Shown piece by piece: positions 1 to 13,469 of a DNA stretch of 64,000 nt. The position numbers and the translations under genes are program-made. The notes under the pieces are model-generated. The model did no database searches, was not told the DNA's origin, and saw only the letters and a program-made list of their open reading frames with translations. This DNA comes from Lama guanicoe (taxonomy: Eukaryota): the NCBI GenBank assembly GCA_013239625.1, contig MU053645.1, forward strand, positions 1,232,274-1,296,273. Direction: 5' to 3'. Position 1 is the first letter of the stretch. Every line of letters starts with the position of its first letter.

Positions 1-479
1 GATAGAGTATCATTTTCAGGATTCTAATATTTTACAAGTGGTGACAAAATTAAAGATTATTTGAGAAAGGCTTTTACAAATGCTCTTTTCCCCAGTAGTT
101 ATTATGTGATCATTTTCACCCAAAACAAGAACTATATTTTATATCTGCTATTCAAAGATTTTAAGGGGAGAAAACTGACCCCAAAATATTTCCACTTTCC
201 TGTTTAATTGATCCCTTCCTATATTTTATGAAATGAAATGCTTAATGCTTGACTTTGATTAGTGAAATCATCTTTGAAATTCATCTTTGAAAATGAATAC
301 ATTAACCACAGAATTATTTCATATATTTCCCTTCTTGCCAATTAAAATCACGGGGGATTAGAAAAGTTGGGTACATCAAGTTTTTTAATTCATGTATTTA
401 CCAACCAGGAGAGTCCATTACTTCAATGGACTTTGATGAATAACTATTATATTTTATGATATTAAAATTGTATAGCATT

Positions 480-665
480 TTGTGTGTGCCAGGCAAATGC
501 CCTCAACTATTATATCGTATTTTCTCCTATGAATGACCTTCTGTGGTGTTATCCTCATTTTACTTTTCAGGAAACTGACACTTGTCACAATAATAAATTA
601 AGGAATAAAGGATTTAAATTTAAGTCTGTGTGACTACAAAGCTCAAGCTCTTAATCACTCCTAAA
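480..665 (-). repeat. MIR SINE fragment
   Basis: MIR core-like text (tgtgccaggc...ttatcctcattttac...ggaaactgac...ggatttaaatttaagtctgtgtgactacaaagctcaagctcttaatcact); boundaries approximate. Confidence 0.7.
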
Positions 666-2284
666 CCGTGTTTGCCCTAGAAGTTAGATGCTATGGGAGT
701 CATAAGCCAAGTCTAAGATTATAAAACATCACTCTTTGCCTTCTAGTGTGCATGCAAGACAGTAAAGAACAGCCTGGATATGTTAAGCGCTCAGGGAATA
801 TAGAGTAAGAAAAGTGTTTGGTAGCATGTTCAGTAGGTGATTCAGAATTCCCATCGAAAGGGAGAATCTGCCAAATTGCCAGTTCAAACAGTCAAAAAGA
901 AAGGCCAGTGCAATCAATCTCCTAGCAGTGTTCATCTGCAATTGCAATACCATCACTGAAATACCATCACTGATCAAGGAATGTTTCAAAACCGTGACCA
1001 CTGGGCTCCCAACATAGGGTTCCACTCATCTGTTTGAATACTAAAAGTGTCAGAAGCAGCTCAGGTTATCCCCTGGAAACCTTACACTGAAATTTAGGTT
1101 TATTACATTATAACTTTTTCCTCTTAGTGATTTTACAACCAACTTACTGTTGTGTGAAGAAAGTGTACAGAAGCATGTATAATACTCCATGTGATGGCAA
1201 TTATACTGCTATTCAATTATTTTGAAATTACTTTTTTCCCCAAAAAAGTCTTTCCCTACTGTGGCTATAAATATGCAGTGGTTCTTATTCTTGAACTTCA
1301 TATTTCCCTGAAGGCTTTGTTTTTTTTTTTTTTACTGATTCCCTAAGGTTAGTATAAAAATCCCAAAAGGCCACAGGAGGAATTCTAAAGACTAAAGACA
1401 CTGGCATAATGGCTAATGAAGGCATTAGTATTCCTCTCCTCTGAGTACCAAATCTTAATATGAGTAGGGCCATCTTGACAAGCAAGTTTTTAAAAATGTA
1501 ATTGAACTAAATCTTTTGACAGATAATTGTAATGATAATGTTATGCTCGAATGGCTTTCAAGTATAGTTTGTAAATTACCTTCTCCACTTTCATTTTTTT
1601 TCCTCCCTTACAGTACCAGGTATGTCAGGCTCCTAGTTCATGTTAATTTTTTAAAGTATCTGTATGGCATACTCTTGACTCTAGAAACCAAAACAAGTTT
1701 AACTTATGACTATTTTGACGCAATTAAAAGACCCAACTAGATATATCAGCTAGGATGCCAAGAAAATGCAATTACATTGTTTCTTAATACATTCTTACCA
1801 TCGGAGACAATTTTGATATTTATGATGTTTTCCAGCCAGTGATATATATAATCTCCAACAAATTGGAAATTACTAACACAGAGACACACAGCCCACATAT
1901 ATATCACAGATGTATTATAAAGATAATTAACTTTCAAAAGCAGTTTGTAGTCAACAAACATTCATCTCACTCTCCTACATCTTCTAATTCTATAGTCATC
2001 TGCAATGAAGTCTGGCCTTCATATTGAGATGGCCCTGAAGTCCTATGGGATCTTCAATCAGGAAACAAAAATGCAATGATGCTAATGAGATTTTACTTAA
2101 TAAGGAGGAAAAGTTGTTTCTCAATTTGACTCAAATTTGGAAAAGACTTCAATAGTTACATAGTCCAACCAATCAAGACATCATTTTTATACTATCCCTA
2201 TGTCTACCCTGCCCTCAGATACTTCCTATCATATGAAAACAATTGTATGAAGTGGCAGCTCATTCTATTATTAGCTCCAGTCAT

Positions 2285-2625
2285 TATAAATGGAGGTAGA
2301 AACAAAAAGATATGGAGACTGAAACCAAGTCGGCCAGAAATACAGAAGCAGGAAAACAGAGACAGCTAAAGACAGAGAGACAGATGGATAGGAAACAGGT
2401 GGAAAGAGAAAAAAATATACATGCAGAGGAGAAATGGACAGATAGAGAAAACATACAGCGAAGCAGAGGTTGAGCAAAAGATAGGAATGGAGAAACAAAA
2501 GGCTGACATAGCGAGAAAGGGGAGAGGGGTGGGAAATGAATTAAGAGGAATTATGAGGGAGGAACTTCTGAGAGATACCAGAAGACAAAGAGAGTAAAAC
2601 AGAAGCAAATATAGAACAAAAATGG
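2285..2625. repeat. Purine-rich (GA) low-complexity tract
   Basis: About 340 bp dominated by A/G on the + strand (gagacag, gatag, gagaaa motifs); explains spurious F/L/S-rich minus-strand ORFs. Confidence 0.7.
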
Positions 2626-3014
2626 TTAAGCAACCATAGAGTTCCAGGGACATGCTAAAACCACCTCTCAAAATATCCTTTGTTTTTCCTACAGTGATTA
2701 TAGAGCCCTTGGGTTTTGGCTCAGCAGGGAGTTCCCCAAAATGGGAGTCATTTCACAGCCTTCCTTGCAACTGGATATGAACAGGTAATTGAGTTCTGAC
2801 CATTAAGATATAACCAGAAGCGTCATGTGTCAGAGGGGTATGTCTTTTCCAGGGTTGGTTCAGTCATCAAACCTAAAAAACTATTTTTAGGCATAAGATC
2901 TTATAAGCTGTTTAGAGAAAGTCTTCAATCATTACTCACTGTTATGTGGTTTCTATATCCATCATCCAACCCCTTCTTCCTTCAATAAAAATGTATTAGC
3001 CAAAATTCTTCTCA

Positions 3015-3520
3015 AAAATGTAATGTAACTTTCATACACTGTTTATGAGATTATAAATTGGTACAGCGTTCTGGAAGGCAAATTGGCAGTACTTGGCAAA
3101 ATTCAGTGCTCGAGAATGCCTTTTCTAAGATACCATACTACAGAAATCCAAATACATATGCACAGAAATATATGCATGTACAAAGATGATTGATATAGCA
3201 CATATTGTAGTGCTCAAAATCTGGGAATAAACACCTTTCCCTAGAGGAGTGGTTGGATAAAATATGGTATATCCATACTGTTGAATATTATGCAGCTATT
3301 ACGGAGAGTGAAGTAGACAGCAATGCATAGATACGTGTAGATCTATAAGACATATGAAAACCAAATGTAATCCCATATGTAATGGAAAAATATGTACATG
3401 TGTGCAAATATTGGAATTTATTTAAAAAAAAGGTTTGGAATTTTTAACACTGTAACCCTTAGGAGGGGAGTGGGATAAAGTCCAGTGTTGAAGGGTAAAT
3501 TTCACTTTTTCACACCATAT
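3015..3520 (+). mobile_element. Ancient L1 (L1ME-like) 3' fragment
   Basis: ataaattggtacagcgttctggaaggcaaattggcag...atggtatatccatactgttgaatattatgcagct resembles the L1 ORF2 end and 3' UTR. Confidence 0.65.
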
Positions 3521-3559
3521 AGTCATGGGTCATTAATTCTGTTCTTTCAAATAATTTAT

Positions 3560-3875
3560 ATCTTTGTGCTTCCTGGCCCCATCATGACTGGTGGGGGCAT
3601 GTGTCTACTTCTGGCCAATTACTTGTGAGCAAAAGTCATTGCCCACACTTGTGCTTAACTTTCAGGCCACAGCATTTATTTGTCAATGTAATACCTTATA
3701 CAACTATCTTTCCCTCTGCCACAGTGAATGGTAGTGTTTAAGATAGTGGCTGCTCAATCACTCTGGGTCCCAGAATAAAAAGTTGTAAAGCAGAGCTCCC
3801 AGCCAAGCTGTTATAAACCACCACAGTCCAGGGACTGTTATAACAGTATGATCTAAATTATCTTAATACAATTGA
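3560..3875 (+). mobile_element. MaLR LTR (MLT1-type) fragment
   Basis: tgtgcttcctggcccc...ggggcatgtgtctacttctggccaat...ctctgggtcccaga...taaattatcttaataca, typical old MLT1 motifs. Confidence 0.55.
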
Positions 3876-4179
3876 TACATTTAAACTTTACATTGAGATA
3901 AATATACTTTATGGGTATGATATTACAATAAAAATTAATGATACCCAGAATAGCACACAATGTTCTCTACATAGAGCATTCAGAATGTAATGAGACTATT
4001 ACATGCCATGATCTAGATTCAATACACTCATGAGAATGTAACCATTGCAAGGGCAGTAATTGTGGTTTATTTTCCCATCCCTAGCACCAGTGACTAGAAC
4101 ACAGTAGATATACAACAAATTTTTCTTGAATGTGGAATGAATTAAATGATTTTTAAACCTAAACTCCAGTTTTGTATTA

Positions 4180-4600
4180 ATTCCTCTGAAATGTCTATAT
4201 GTTACTTTTAGTCTATTATTCCAAATCATCAAGACCACTTCTAAAGATAATCATTTTTAATAACTCTCCCACCAAGCTTTGTGTCACCTGAACATTTCAG
4301 AAGATGGCTTTCTTTGCCTTCAATCAAGTCAACAGAAAATTCTCAATAACATAGAATATGGAACAGATCTATAGACTACCACTACAGAACTCTCTACATG
4401 TTTACATTGGTCACTAATCTTATTGATCAACCAGGTATGAATCCATTTAACTGTACTAGAATGCACTTAATTAGCCTGTATTGGCATATCTTATCATGAG
4501 AGATTACTCATTTGATAGACCAGGCTTTTATGACATATCAGTGTAATAACTCTACCAAAAGCAATCAACAGGTTTATTTAGCCTGACTTGATCCTAAGAG
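4180..4600 (-). mobile_element. CR1/L3 LINE fragment (continues ~6035-6200 beyond the nested L2)
   Basis: accaagctttgtgtcacctg...tcaatcaagtca...aaccaggtatgaatccatttaactgtact...gcctgacttgatcct resembles antisense CR1 RT sequence. Confidence 0.55.
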
Positions 4601-4604
4601 CCAT

Positions 4605-6030
4605 TAATTTATGCACTTGACGAATTTATTGTGTGCCTACAGCAGGGATACAAATGGGAACATGATAGGTATGGTAGCCACTTTCTATGTGATCACAGTC
4701 TAATAGAAGAGAAAGACAAGCAGGTAATAACAATGAACTGTTTAAAATGTAATGAGAGGAGAAAGAATGTTTTGAGAGCTGTGAGGAGAGAAATCCACAT
4801 TTAGGAGAAAGAGAAGGTTTTCAGGAGAAAGTCACTTCTAAGCCAAAGCCTAGAACATGATAGGGAGATTGTTCTGAAAGAGGATGGTAAATCCATTGAA
4901 CTAAAATGAGTTCAATATGGCAGAACCATAGAGTGTTGGATAGGAGGAAAAGAGAGTTGACACTGGAGAGGAGAGCAAGGGTCAGGTCATGTAGAGGCTG
5001 AGTTGTGTATAGTACATCTAAGCATGGATATTCAATGGGAAATTGGAGATACTGAGAGGAGTTAAGGAAAGAGACTTGGGGATATATATATTGGGTAGTC
5101 TTAAGCATAGAGATGGTATTTAGTATCACGGGAGTACCTGAATTACCAAAGAATAGAGGCAAAATTAAAAGACGGTCAAGGATAGAGCCCCGAGAAACAC
5201 CAACATTTAAGAGATGGGCAGGTTCAGAAGTCTACAGAAGTGACTGAGGGAAAAAAGTAACAAGAGAGGTGCAAGGAAAACCAGGAGGGAAGCCAAGAGA
5301 ATAGCATATTTCAAGAATGACAACTATGTTAAATGCTACTGGGTAATCAAGTGAGTCAAAAACTAAAAAGTGCCCTTTATACATAGCCAAGAAAAGGCTG
5401 TCAGCCAAGAAAAGACTGTCAAAGACAAATCAGTGGAGTAGCAGGGTGAGAACCAGACCATATATGTAAACTGAAGAGTAAATTGAAAGTAAAGAAGTAG
5501 AACAGTGACTGAGTGGAGACAACTTTCACAAAGATTAGCTGTGAGAGGAAAGGGAGAATAGGGTAAGTTTACACCATGGATCAAGAGAACAAATTTTTTA
5601 AATAAACTGATATTTTTTCTTATGATTAGACTGAACTTATAGGTTTTGAGGGATAGTACCAGAAAATATTTTTCTTTAGTGAGTAAGAGAGACCTGAAGA
5701 AGCTTTAAAGAAAGGAGGGAAAGGAGCCGGAATAAAAGGCATTACTTGAGGAAAAGACAACATTGAGTTAATCTACAGCGCAAGAACCCTAAAGAAATCC
5801 ATGGATAAGGAAAAGTTTCTGAAGCTCAAGTGGAAGGATTTTCCATATACAGCACAATTTTTTTTTTTGATCTTCAATTAGAAATAGAAGAAAGGCAGAA
5901 ATGATAGGTGAAGGTATAGGTAAGTTTGGAGATCTTGTGGTGGGAAGTTGCCATCTTGTGGCTTCTATGTTCTCTGTGAAACTGCTGGCAAGCTTATCTG
6001 AAGAGAGGGTAGGGTAGGAGGTTTAGGAAA
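4605..6030 (-). mobile_element. L2 LINE fragment
   Basis: Begins with L2 3'-end antisense (aatttattgtgtgcctac...); contains ttgggtagtcttaagcatagagatggtattt, ccccgagaaacaccaacatttaagag, ggaaaaccaggag, ttaaatgctactgggtaatcaagtgag. Confidence 0.75.
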
Positions 6031-6618
6031 GCACATACCTTTTCAAAAGCTAAATCGTTCATTCTAGGATTTTTCTAGCATTGGATATTAAGTTCACCAA
6101 TTTAAGTTTCTAGAGCCCAAGATTTTGTTTTTGTTTTATTTTTAATTAACACATTTGATTAATATTCTTGTACTTCCATTGTTTCTATGACTTACTGTAA
6201 AAAGATTTTCAAAAAGAACTGAGTGACAGTAGCTAAAAGGGCAACTTCTCAGTTCATTGCCACACCAACTAGCTTTTCTAATCCCATTAATCCTTACACC
6301 TTCCTTTTTCCACAGCGAGTTGAGGTTTTATGGTATCTGAAGACATAATTTAACATTTACTTTGGTGTAAAATATGGGAAAAGTGAAGTTCAGTGAGATA
6401 AGGAACTTTCCCTATAGCAAGCAGCCAATGGAAGGCAAAATAAATCAATAATTTATAACATTTTTTTTCCTATCAGGAACACACCAGTGATAGTGGACTA
6501 TTGATTGATCGATAGATAGACATATCAACATAGGAAATGGGGTTAAACTCCTCTAAACATTCAGTATCAAGGACACTGTATATAATTTAAATTGCCAAGT
6601 AATAAAAACAACATGGAG

Positions 6619-7705
6619 AATGAATGTTCTCCTAGGGCAGTCTACCCAGGCAGTAGAAATAAAAGCAAAAATAAACAAATGGAACCTAATTAAACTTATA
6701 AGCTTCTGCACAGCAAAGGAAGCCATAAGCAAAACAAAATGACAACCTATGGAATGGGAGAAAAATATTTGCAAAAGATGCGACTGACAAAGGTTTAATT
6801 TCCAGGATATATAAACAGCTCATACAACTTAATAACAAAAAACAAACCACCCAATCCAAAAATGGGCAGAAGACCTAAACAAGCAGTTCTCCAATGAAGA
6901 CATACAAATGGCCAATGGGCACATGAAAAAATGTTCAGTAACACTAGTTATCAGAGAAATGCAAAATCAAAACTACAATGAGGTATCACCTCACACCAGT
7001 CAGAATGTCATCATTAAAAAGTCCACAAACAATAAATGCTGGAGAGGGTGTGAAGAAAAGGGAACCCTCGTACAATGCTGGTGGGAATGTTGGAAGACAT
7101 TATGGAAAACAGTGTGGAGATTCCTCAAAAGACTAAAAATAGACTTACCATATGATCCAGCAATCCCACTCCTGGGCATATATCCAGAGGGAACTCTAAG
7201 TCAAAAAGATACATGCACCCCAATGTTCATAGCAGCACTGTATACAATAGCCAAGACATGGAAGCAACCTAAATGTCCATCAACAGATGACTAGATAAAG
7301 AAGAGGTGGTATATTTCTACAATGGAATACTACTCAGCCATAAAAAGAATAAAACAATGCTATTTGCAGCAACATGGATGGACCTAGAGGTTATCATTCT
7401 AAGTGAAGTAAGCCATGAAGAGAAAAATACCATATGATATCACTCATATGTGGAATCTAAAATAAAAGGACACTAATGAACTCATCTACAAAACAGACAC
7501 AGACTTGTAGACATAGCAAACAATCTTATGGTTGCCAGGGAAAAGGGGGTCGGAAGGGATAAATTTGGGAGTTTGAGATTTACAAATATTAGCCACTATA
7601 TATAAAAATAGATTAAAAAACAAATTTCTTCTTTATAGCACAGGGACCTCTACTCAGTATCTTGTAATAACCCTTAATGAAAAAGAATATGAGATTAAAA
7701 AAAAA
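6619..7705 (+). mobile_element. 5'-truncated young L1 (ORF2 C-terminus, 3' UTR, poly-A)
   Basis: ORF 6908-7294 encodes the L1 ORF2 C-terminus ([29 protein letters not shown]...CTPMFIAAL); A-tail at ~7697; degenerate TSD aaaaacaacatggag (6604-6618) / aaagccaacgtggag (7703-7717). Confidence 0.95.
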
Positions 7706-8014
7706 GCCAACGTGGAGCTGTCAGAAAGACTGTATCAATGTACTTTCTTCTAATAGTGTAATACATGTAATTTGTGTTTCTAGGTTTAGATAAATGACAT
7801 CTAGTTCTACATATTCTGTTTCCTATATTTTTAATTATAAAAGGATGATAACATTTGCTCCATGAATAATTATAAAATAGTGAATTTTTTGTTATATTAA
7901 GTGAGGTAAAAGTATTATTTACTGCAATGTACTATATGAGTTCTTTTTAAATGATAGAAGAGTGCATGTCGTACTTTATCTGGGTTACTGACCACTGTAA
8001 AGTAGGGCAATGTA

Positions 8015-8230
8015 GCCTTGTGAGCCCAGCTTCACATCTTACTAGCTCTATGACCTTGGCTGAGTTACCTATACATTGTGACCTTTCACTTTTACTCATC
8101 TGAAAATGGTGGTAATAGTAATATCTACTTCATAAGGTTGTTGTTTGTATGACATATAATATCTATATAATGCCTCACCTATTATCAGATGCAGAATCAG
8201 GCATCAGTACATGTTAGTGATTGTTATCGG
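8015..8230 (+). repeat. MIR SINE
   Basis: cccagcttcacatcttactagctctatgaccttggctgagttacct...ctcatctgaaaatgg...cttcataaggttgttg. Confidence 0.8.
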
Positions 8231-9254
8231 TGCTGTTGTTGTTACTAATTCTGCTTGGGGAAGTAAGAGAAGGCTTTGCAGGGAAAGTGACACTTGGAGA
8301 AGGAACATAAGTTTTCCAGGTGAACAAGGTCGTAGGGGAGAACGATACAGACAGACAAATTCTCTGTATGTGCATGTGTGCATGCGCACATGAACACATC
8401 TTGGGCAGAAAAGGGATCACATTTTATATGGAGATAATGTGTTAATGATTTAATAATTTCTCTTCACTGGCCTATAGCTGCAAGACATTGAAGCTACACT
8501 TAGGCAAAATAAAAGTATAAGTATCCCCTTTCTTACCTCCTAGTTTTCAGAACTGAGGAATATTTATCCTGCTGTCCTACAACTCATGCCCACTGCCAAC
8601 GGAAAGGATGAACCTAGGCATCTTCCTACACCCTCCACTTGTGTAACTGTGCTCTGCTTTTTCTGCAGATACAATTGTTGATGTTTTCCCCTTTTAAAAC
8701 TTCCTTGTTTAAACCTCTTTAGGGTTCTAGGTGTCAACTGGTTCACCAGACATAACTGTTCTTAAAAATGAACCAATGGAGAAAGTTAAAGATGGATCCT
8801 TGGTAATATGCATTTTAATTTAGTCTTCTAGAGATTAATTTAATAAACATTACTTCTTTTTATAATAAAATTATGACTGTGATTGTGATTATTAACTTGG
8901 AAATCTTGTCTCCAGATCCCTGGTGTTCCCAAAACTTTTCAATGTAGTCCATCAATTTCCTATAAATGCCCAACTACAACCTGGAGTCATTCCAATTGTT
9001 TCTCAAAGTCTTTCAAAAAAATTAATCCCTTTCTTCCAACTGATGTTCTATTTGTTGATCTCTTTTCATGATAAACACTGGTAGCATCTATCAAATTAAC
9101 AACAATTTTTAAAATAACAGCATACTCAATGTGAGAACAAATATTCTCATATACTGGCAGTGAGAATATATATATTGTCACTCATTTGCTGGAGAGTAAA
9201 TTAGCCATTATATTTATAAAATAAACTTTAAAAATTACCTATCTCCAGTAATGC

Positions 9255-9805
9255 AATCAAAGATGCATGTACAATGGTGTTATTCTATGTATAACATACA
9301 CACATACACAATGGAATGTTATTCAGCCATGAGAAAGAAGGAAATTCTGCCATTTATAACTTGGATGAAACATGAGGACATTATGCTAAGTGAAATAAGT
9401 CAAAGAAAGACAAATACTGCATGATAATCACTTATATGTAGAATCTTAAATATACAGCAAATAGTAAACATAACAAAAAAGCAGACTCACAGGTATAGAA
9501 AACAAACTGGAGGTTACCAATGGGAAGAGGGAAGGGTGGAGGGGCAAGACAGGGGTAGAGAATTAAGAGGTACAAACTAATGGTGGTGATGGTTGCACAA
9601 CAATGTGAATAGGAAAAAAAAAAGAGGTACAAACTATCAGGTATAAAATAAGCTACAAGGGTATACTGTACACCACAGGGATTATAGCAAATATTTTTAT
9701 AATAACTGTAAATGGAGTATAACCTTTAAAAATTGTGAATCACTATATTGTACACCTGTAATTGATATAATATTATACATCAACTATACTTCAATTAAAA
9801 ATAAA
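9255..9805 (+). mobile_element. Older L1 (L1MA-type) 3' end
   Basis: atggaatgttattcagccatgagaaagaaggaaattctgcc...atcaactatacttcaattaaaaataaa. Confidence 0.85.
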
Positions 9806-10990
9806 GTTTTGATTTGCATTTCTCTGATAATTAGTGATATTGAGCATTTTTTCATGTGCCTATTGATCATTTGTACGTCTTCCTTGGAGAATTGCTTGTT
9901 TAGGTCTTTTGCCCATTTTTGGACTGGGTTGTTTGGTTGTTTCTTATTAAGTTGTATGAGCTGCTTATATATTCTGGAGATCAAGCCTTTGTCTGTTTCA
10001 TTTGCAAAAATTTTCTCCCATTCCGTAGGTTGTCTTCTTGTTTTACTTCTGGTTTCCTTTGCTGTACAGAAGCTTGTAAGTTTCATTAGGTCCCATTTGT
10101 TTATTCTTGCTTTTATTTCTATTGCTTGAGTAGACTGTTCTAGGAGAACATTTTTGAGATGTATGTCAGATAATGTTTTGCCTATAGTTTCTTCTAGGAG
10201 GTTTATTGTATCTTGTCTTATGTTTAAGTCTTTGATTCACTTTGAGTTTATTTTTGTGTATGGTGTAAGGGAGTGTTCTAGCTTCATTGCTTTAGTGCAG
10301 CCACTGTGGAAAACAGTATGGAGATTCCTCAGAAGACTAGGAATAAACTTACCATATGACCCAGGAATCCCACTCCTGGGCATATATCCAGAAGGAACCC
10401 TACTCCAAAATGACACCTACACCCCAATGTTCATAGCAGCACTATTTACAATAGCCAAGACATGAAAACAGCCTAAATGTCCATCAACAGATGACTGGAT
10501 AAAGATGTGATATATTTATACAATGGAATACTATTCAGCCATAAAAACTGACAACATAACACCATTTGCAGCAACATGGATGCTCTTGGAGAATGTCATC
10601 CTAAGTGAAGTAAGCCAGAAAGAGAAAGAAAAATACCATATGAGATCGCTCATATGTGGAATCTAAAAAAAAATAAAACAAACAAAACAAAACATAAATA
10701 CAAAGCAGAAACAGACTCAGACATAGAATACTTGTGGTTGCCAAGGGGGCAGGGGTGGGAAGGGATAGACTGGGATTTCAAAATGTAGAATAGATAAACA
10801 AGATTATACTGCATAGCACAGGGAAATATATACAAGATCTTACGGTAGCTCACAGAGAAAAAAATGTGACAATGAATATATATATATGTTCATGTATAAT
10901 TGAAAAATTGTGCTGTACACTGGAATTTGACACAACATTGTAAAATGATCATAAATCAATAAAAATGTTAAAAATAAACAAAAGTAAATA
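9806..10990 (+). mobile_element. Young L1 with 5' inversion (9806-10290 minus strand, 10291-~10990 plus strand)
   Basis: Minus-strand ORF2 peptide (ORF 9784-10086, ...[18 protein letters not shown]) abuts plus-strand [12 protein letters not shown]...PMFIAALFTIAKT, then 3' UTR and A-rich tail. Confidence 0.92.
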
Positions 10991-11004
10991 AAGGACATCA
11001 AAAA

Positions 11005-11668
11005 AAGAAAATGAAAATCACAATGAAACAGCACTTCACACTCACTAGGATGTATATAATTAAGGACATAAGTTTTGGTAAGAATGTGGAGAAATTGGAA
11101 TCTTCATACATCACTGGTGGTAATGTAAAATGGCACAGCTGCTTTGGAAAAGAGTTTGGCAGTTCCTTAAAAGGTTAAGTATAGAATCAACAAATGGCCC
11201 AGCAATTTCATTTCTAAATATATACTTCAAAAAATTGAAAATGTCTGTCTATACAAACATTTATACAGGAATGTTTATAACAGCATATTTATAATACCCA
11301 AAAAGTAGAAACAATTTAAATGTCCATCAATTGATGAATGGATAAATAAAAGGTAATATACAATAGAATCTTATTGGACAGTAAAAAGGAATGACATAAT
11401 GATACAATGATTCATACAGATTAATGTTGGAAACATTGTTAAGTAAAAGAAACCAGTCCCAAGAAACCAAATATTGAATGATTCCATTTATATAAAATGT
11501 CCAGATTGGCAAATTTATAGAGACAGAAAGCAGATTAGTGGTTGTCAAGGGATTAGATAATGATAATTGTTGCACATCTCTGAACATACCAAAAACTACT
11601 GAATTATACACTTTAAATCAATGAACTGTATGATGTATAAATTATAGTCAATAAAACTGTTCAAAAAT
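11005..11668 (+). mobile_element. Old L1 (L1MB-like) 3' fragment
   Basis: gaatgtggagaaattggaatcttcatacatcactggtggtaatgtaaaatggcacagctgctttggaaa...caataaaactgtt. Confidence 0.85.
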
Positions 11669-12244
11669 CAGTCATTTGATATCATAATAGAAATTTATTT
11701 GATGGATTTTTTTTCCCTTTTCAACCATATGTTTACCCATCAAAATCACAGTTCTAGATTATATGCTAAATGCATCATTCTTAAAGTTAGTCCTTTTAGA
11801 CATTTCAGGCAGGTTGGGCAATTGCTAGATTCATTCAACCCAAGGTTCCTACAATTTAAACCTCCATCACCAGGCTCCCTTTTTTCGACCCTTGGGGTAT
11901 CAGATACCATAAGATGCCTTGAAATGACACCAGGTCATCATAGTCTTTGCCATATCAGACTTATTATGTTCTCTCATTGACACATGGTGGTACTTGGGGA
12001 GTTCTTTTTCCACAATAGGAATGGAGAGTCTTCAAACTGAGTTACCAAAATCTTTATAGTTGGGGAAACGATCAGGGATAAGTACAAACAAACTCGTATT
12101 TGTGGTCTTTTTTGACATTCTGGTCATCTGATATTAAAACAGAAACACGGATTCATGTTTTAAAAAAAAACAATTTAAGCCAATACTTCCCTCAATAAAA
12201 TTAAAATTGGCTCTCTACTGCCTAAGCCAGTTCTATATACAAGG

Positions 12245-12910
12245 AGTTGTCTCAAGAAGCTAATATCCAAAATATATAAAGAACTAATACAACTCAATAG
12301 CAGAAAGAGCAAACAAGCCAATTAAAATGGCAGAAGATCTAAATAGACATTTTTCTAAAGAAGACATACAGATGGTGAACATGAAAAGATGCTCAGCATT
12401 ATTAATCATCAGAGAAATGCAAATCAAAACCACCTCACACCTATTAGAATGGCTATCATCAAAGAGAAAATAAAAACAAGTGTTGTTGAGGATGTGGAGA
12501 AAAGTGAACTGGTGGTGGGAATGTAAATTGGTGTAGTCACTATGGAAAACCATGTGGAGATTCATCAAAAAATTTAAAGTGGAGCTGCCATATGATCCAG
12601 CAATTCTACTTCTGTGTATTTATCTAAAGAAAATGAAAACATGAATTTAAAAAGATATATGCCCCTTCATGTTTATTGCAACATTATTTACAATAGTCAA
12701 GGTATGGAAACAACCTAAGTGTCTATGGATGGATGAATAGATTAAGGAATTGCAGTGTATGTGTGTATATACACACACACATATATATGTATGTATATAT
12801 AATGGAATATTATTCAGTCATTAAAAGTATGAAATCTTGCCATTTGTGACAATAAAAATAGACCTCAAGGGCATTATGATAAGTGAAATAAGTTAGAGAA
12901 AGAAAAAAAA
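12245..12910 (+). mobile_element. L1 (L1MA-like) ORF2 end and 3' UTR fragment
   Basis: taatatccaaaatatataaagaactaatacaactcaatagc...gccatatgatccagcaattctacttctg. Confidence 0.9.
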
Positions 12911-13469
12911 AAGTTATCTCCAAAACACCACAATTGAAACAATCAAGGATTCAGTAAGAGACAATCTGGTCCAACTGAGCTTAGCAAATAGCATTACCTA
13001 TATAGCAACAAACTGGCAGGAACCGATAATTCATCTGCAATTAAAAGAGCACTTTTTTTTTCAACTGAGTTATAGCCTAAAGACACATTTTACAGATAGA
13101 AAAGTTGGCAGGACTTTTTATTGAGTACACTGATCTATACTCCCTAACAAATTGTGCTATTCTTTAACTAAACTTCAATAAAAGAGTAAGTATTAAAAAA
13201 AATAAAAGAGCTAAAGTCTAGACATATATTACTACTTGGTGTCTATCCAAACAGTTATTTTCCATAAGAAATTATTAACCCTCCAAATATTTTCAACTCT
13301 ATATTTCATATTTCCTTGGAGCTACCAAAGGAGTGTTTGGACATTAGTAAAATGAGAAATAAACAATGTGAACATCTGACTTTGAAGTCAAGTACAGTAT
13401 TATGCCAAAATGTCATAAAACCCACCCCCCACACACGCAGACACAAGAGAAAATCACAATATGAATATC

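Noticed and set aside
6908..7294. L1 ORF2-like ORFs (also 9784, 10154, 24158, 39533, 40037, 40695)
   Set aside because: Fragments of truncated retrotransposons, not host genes; there is no full-length L1 in the window.
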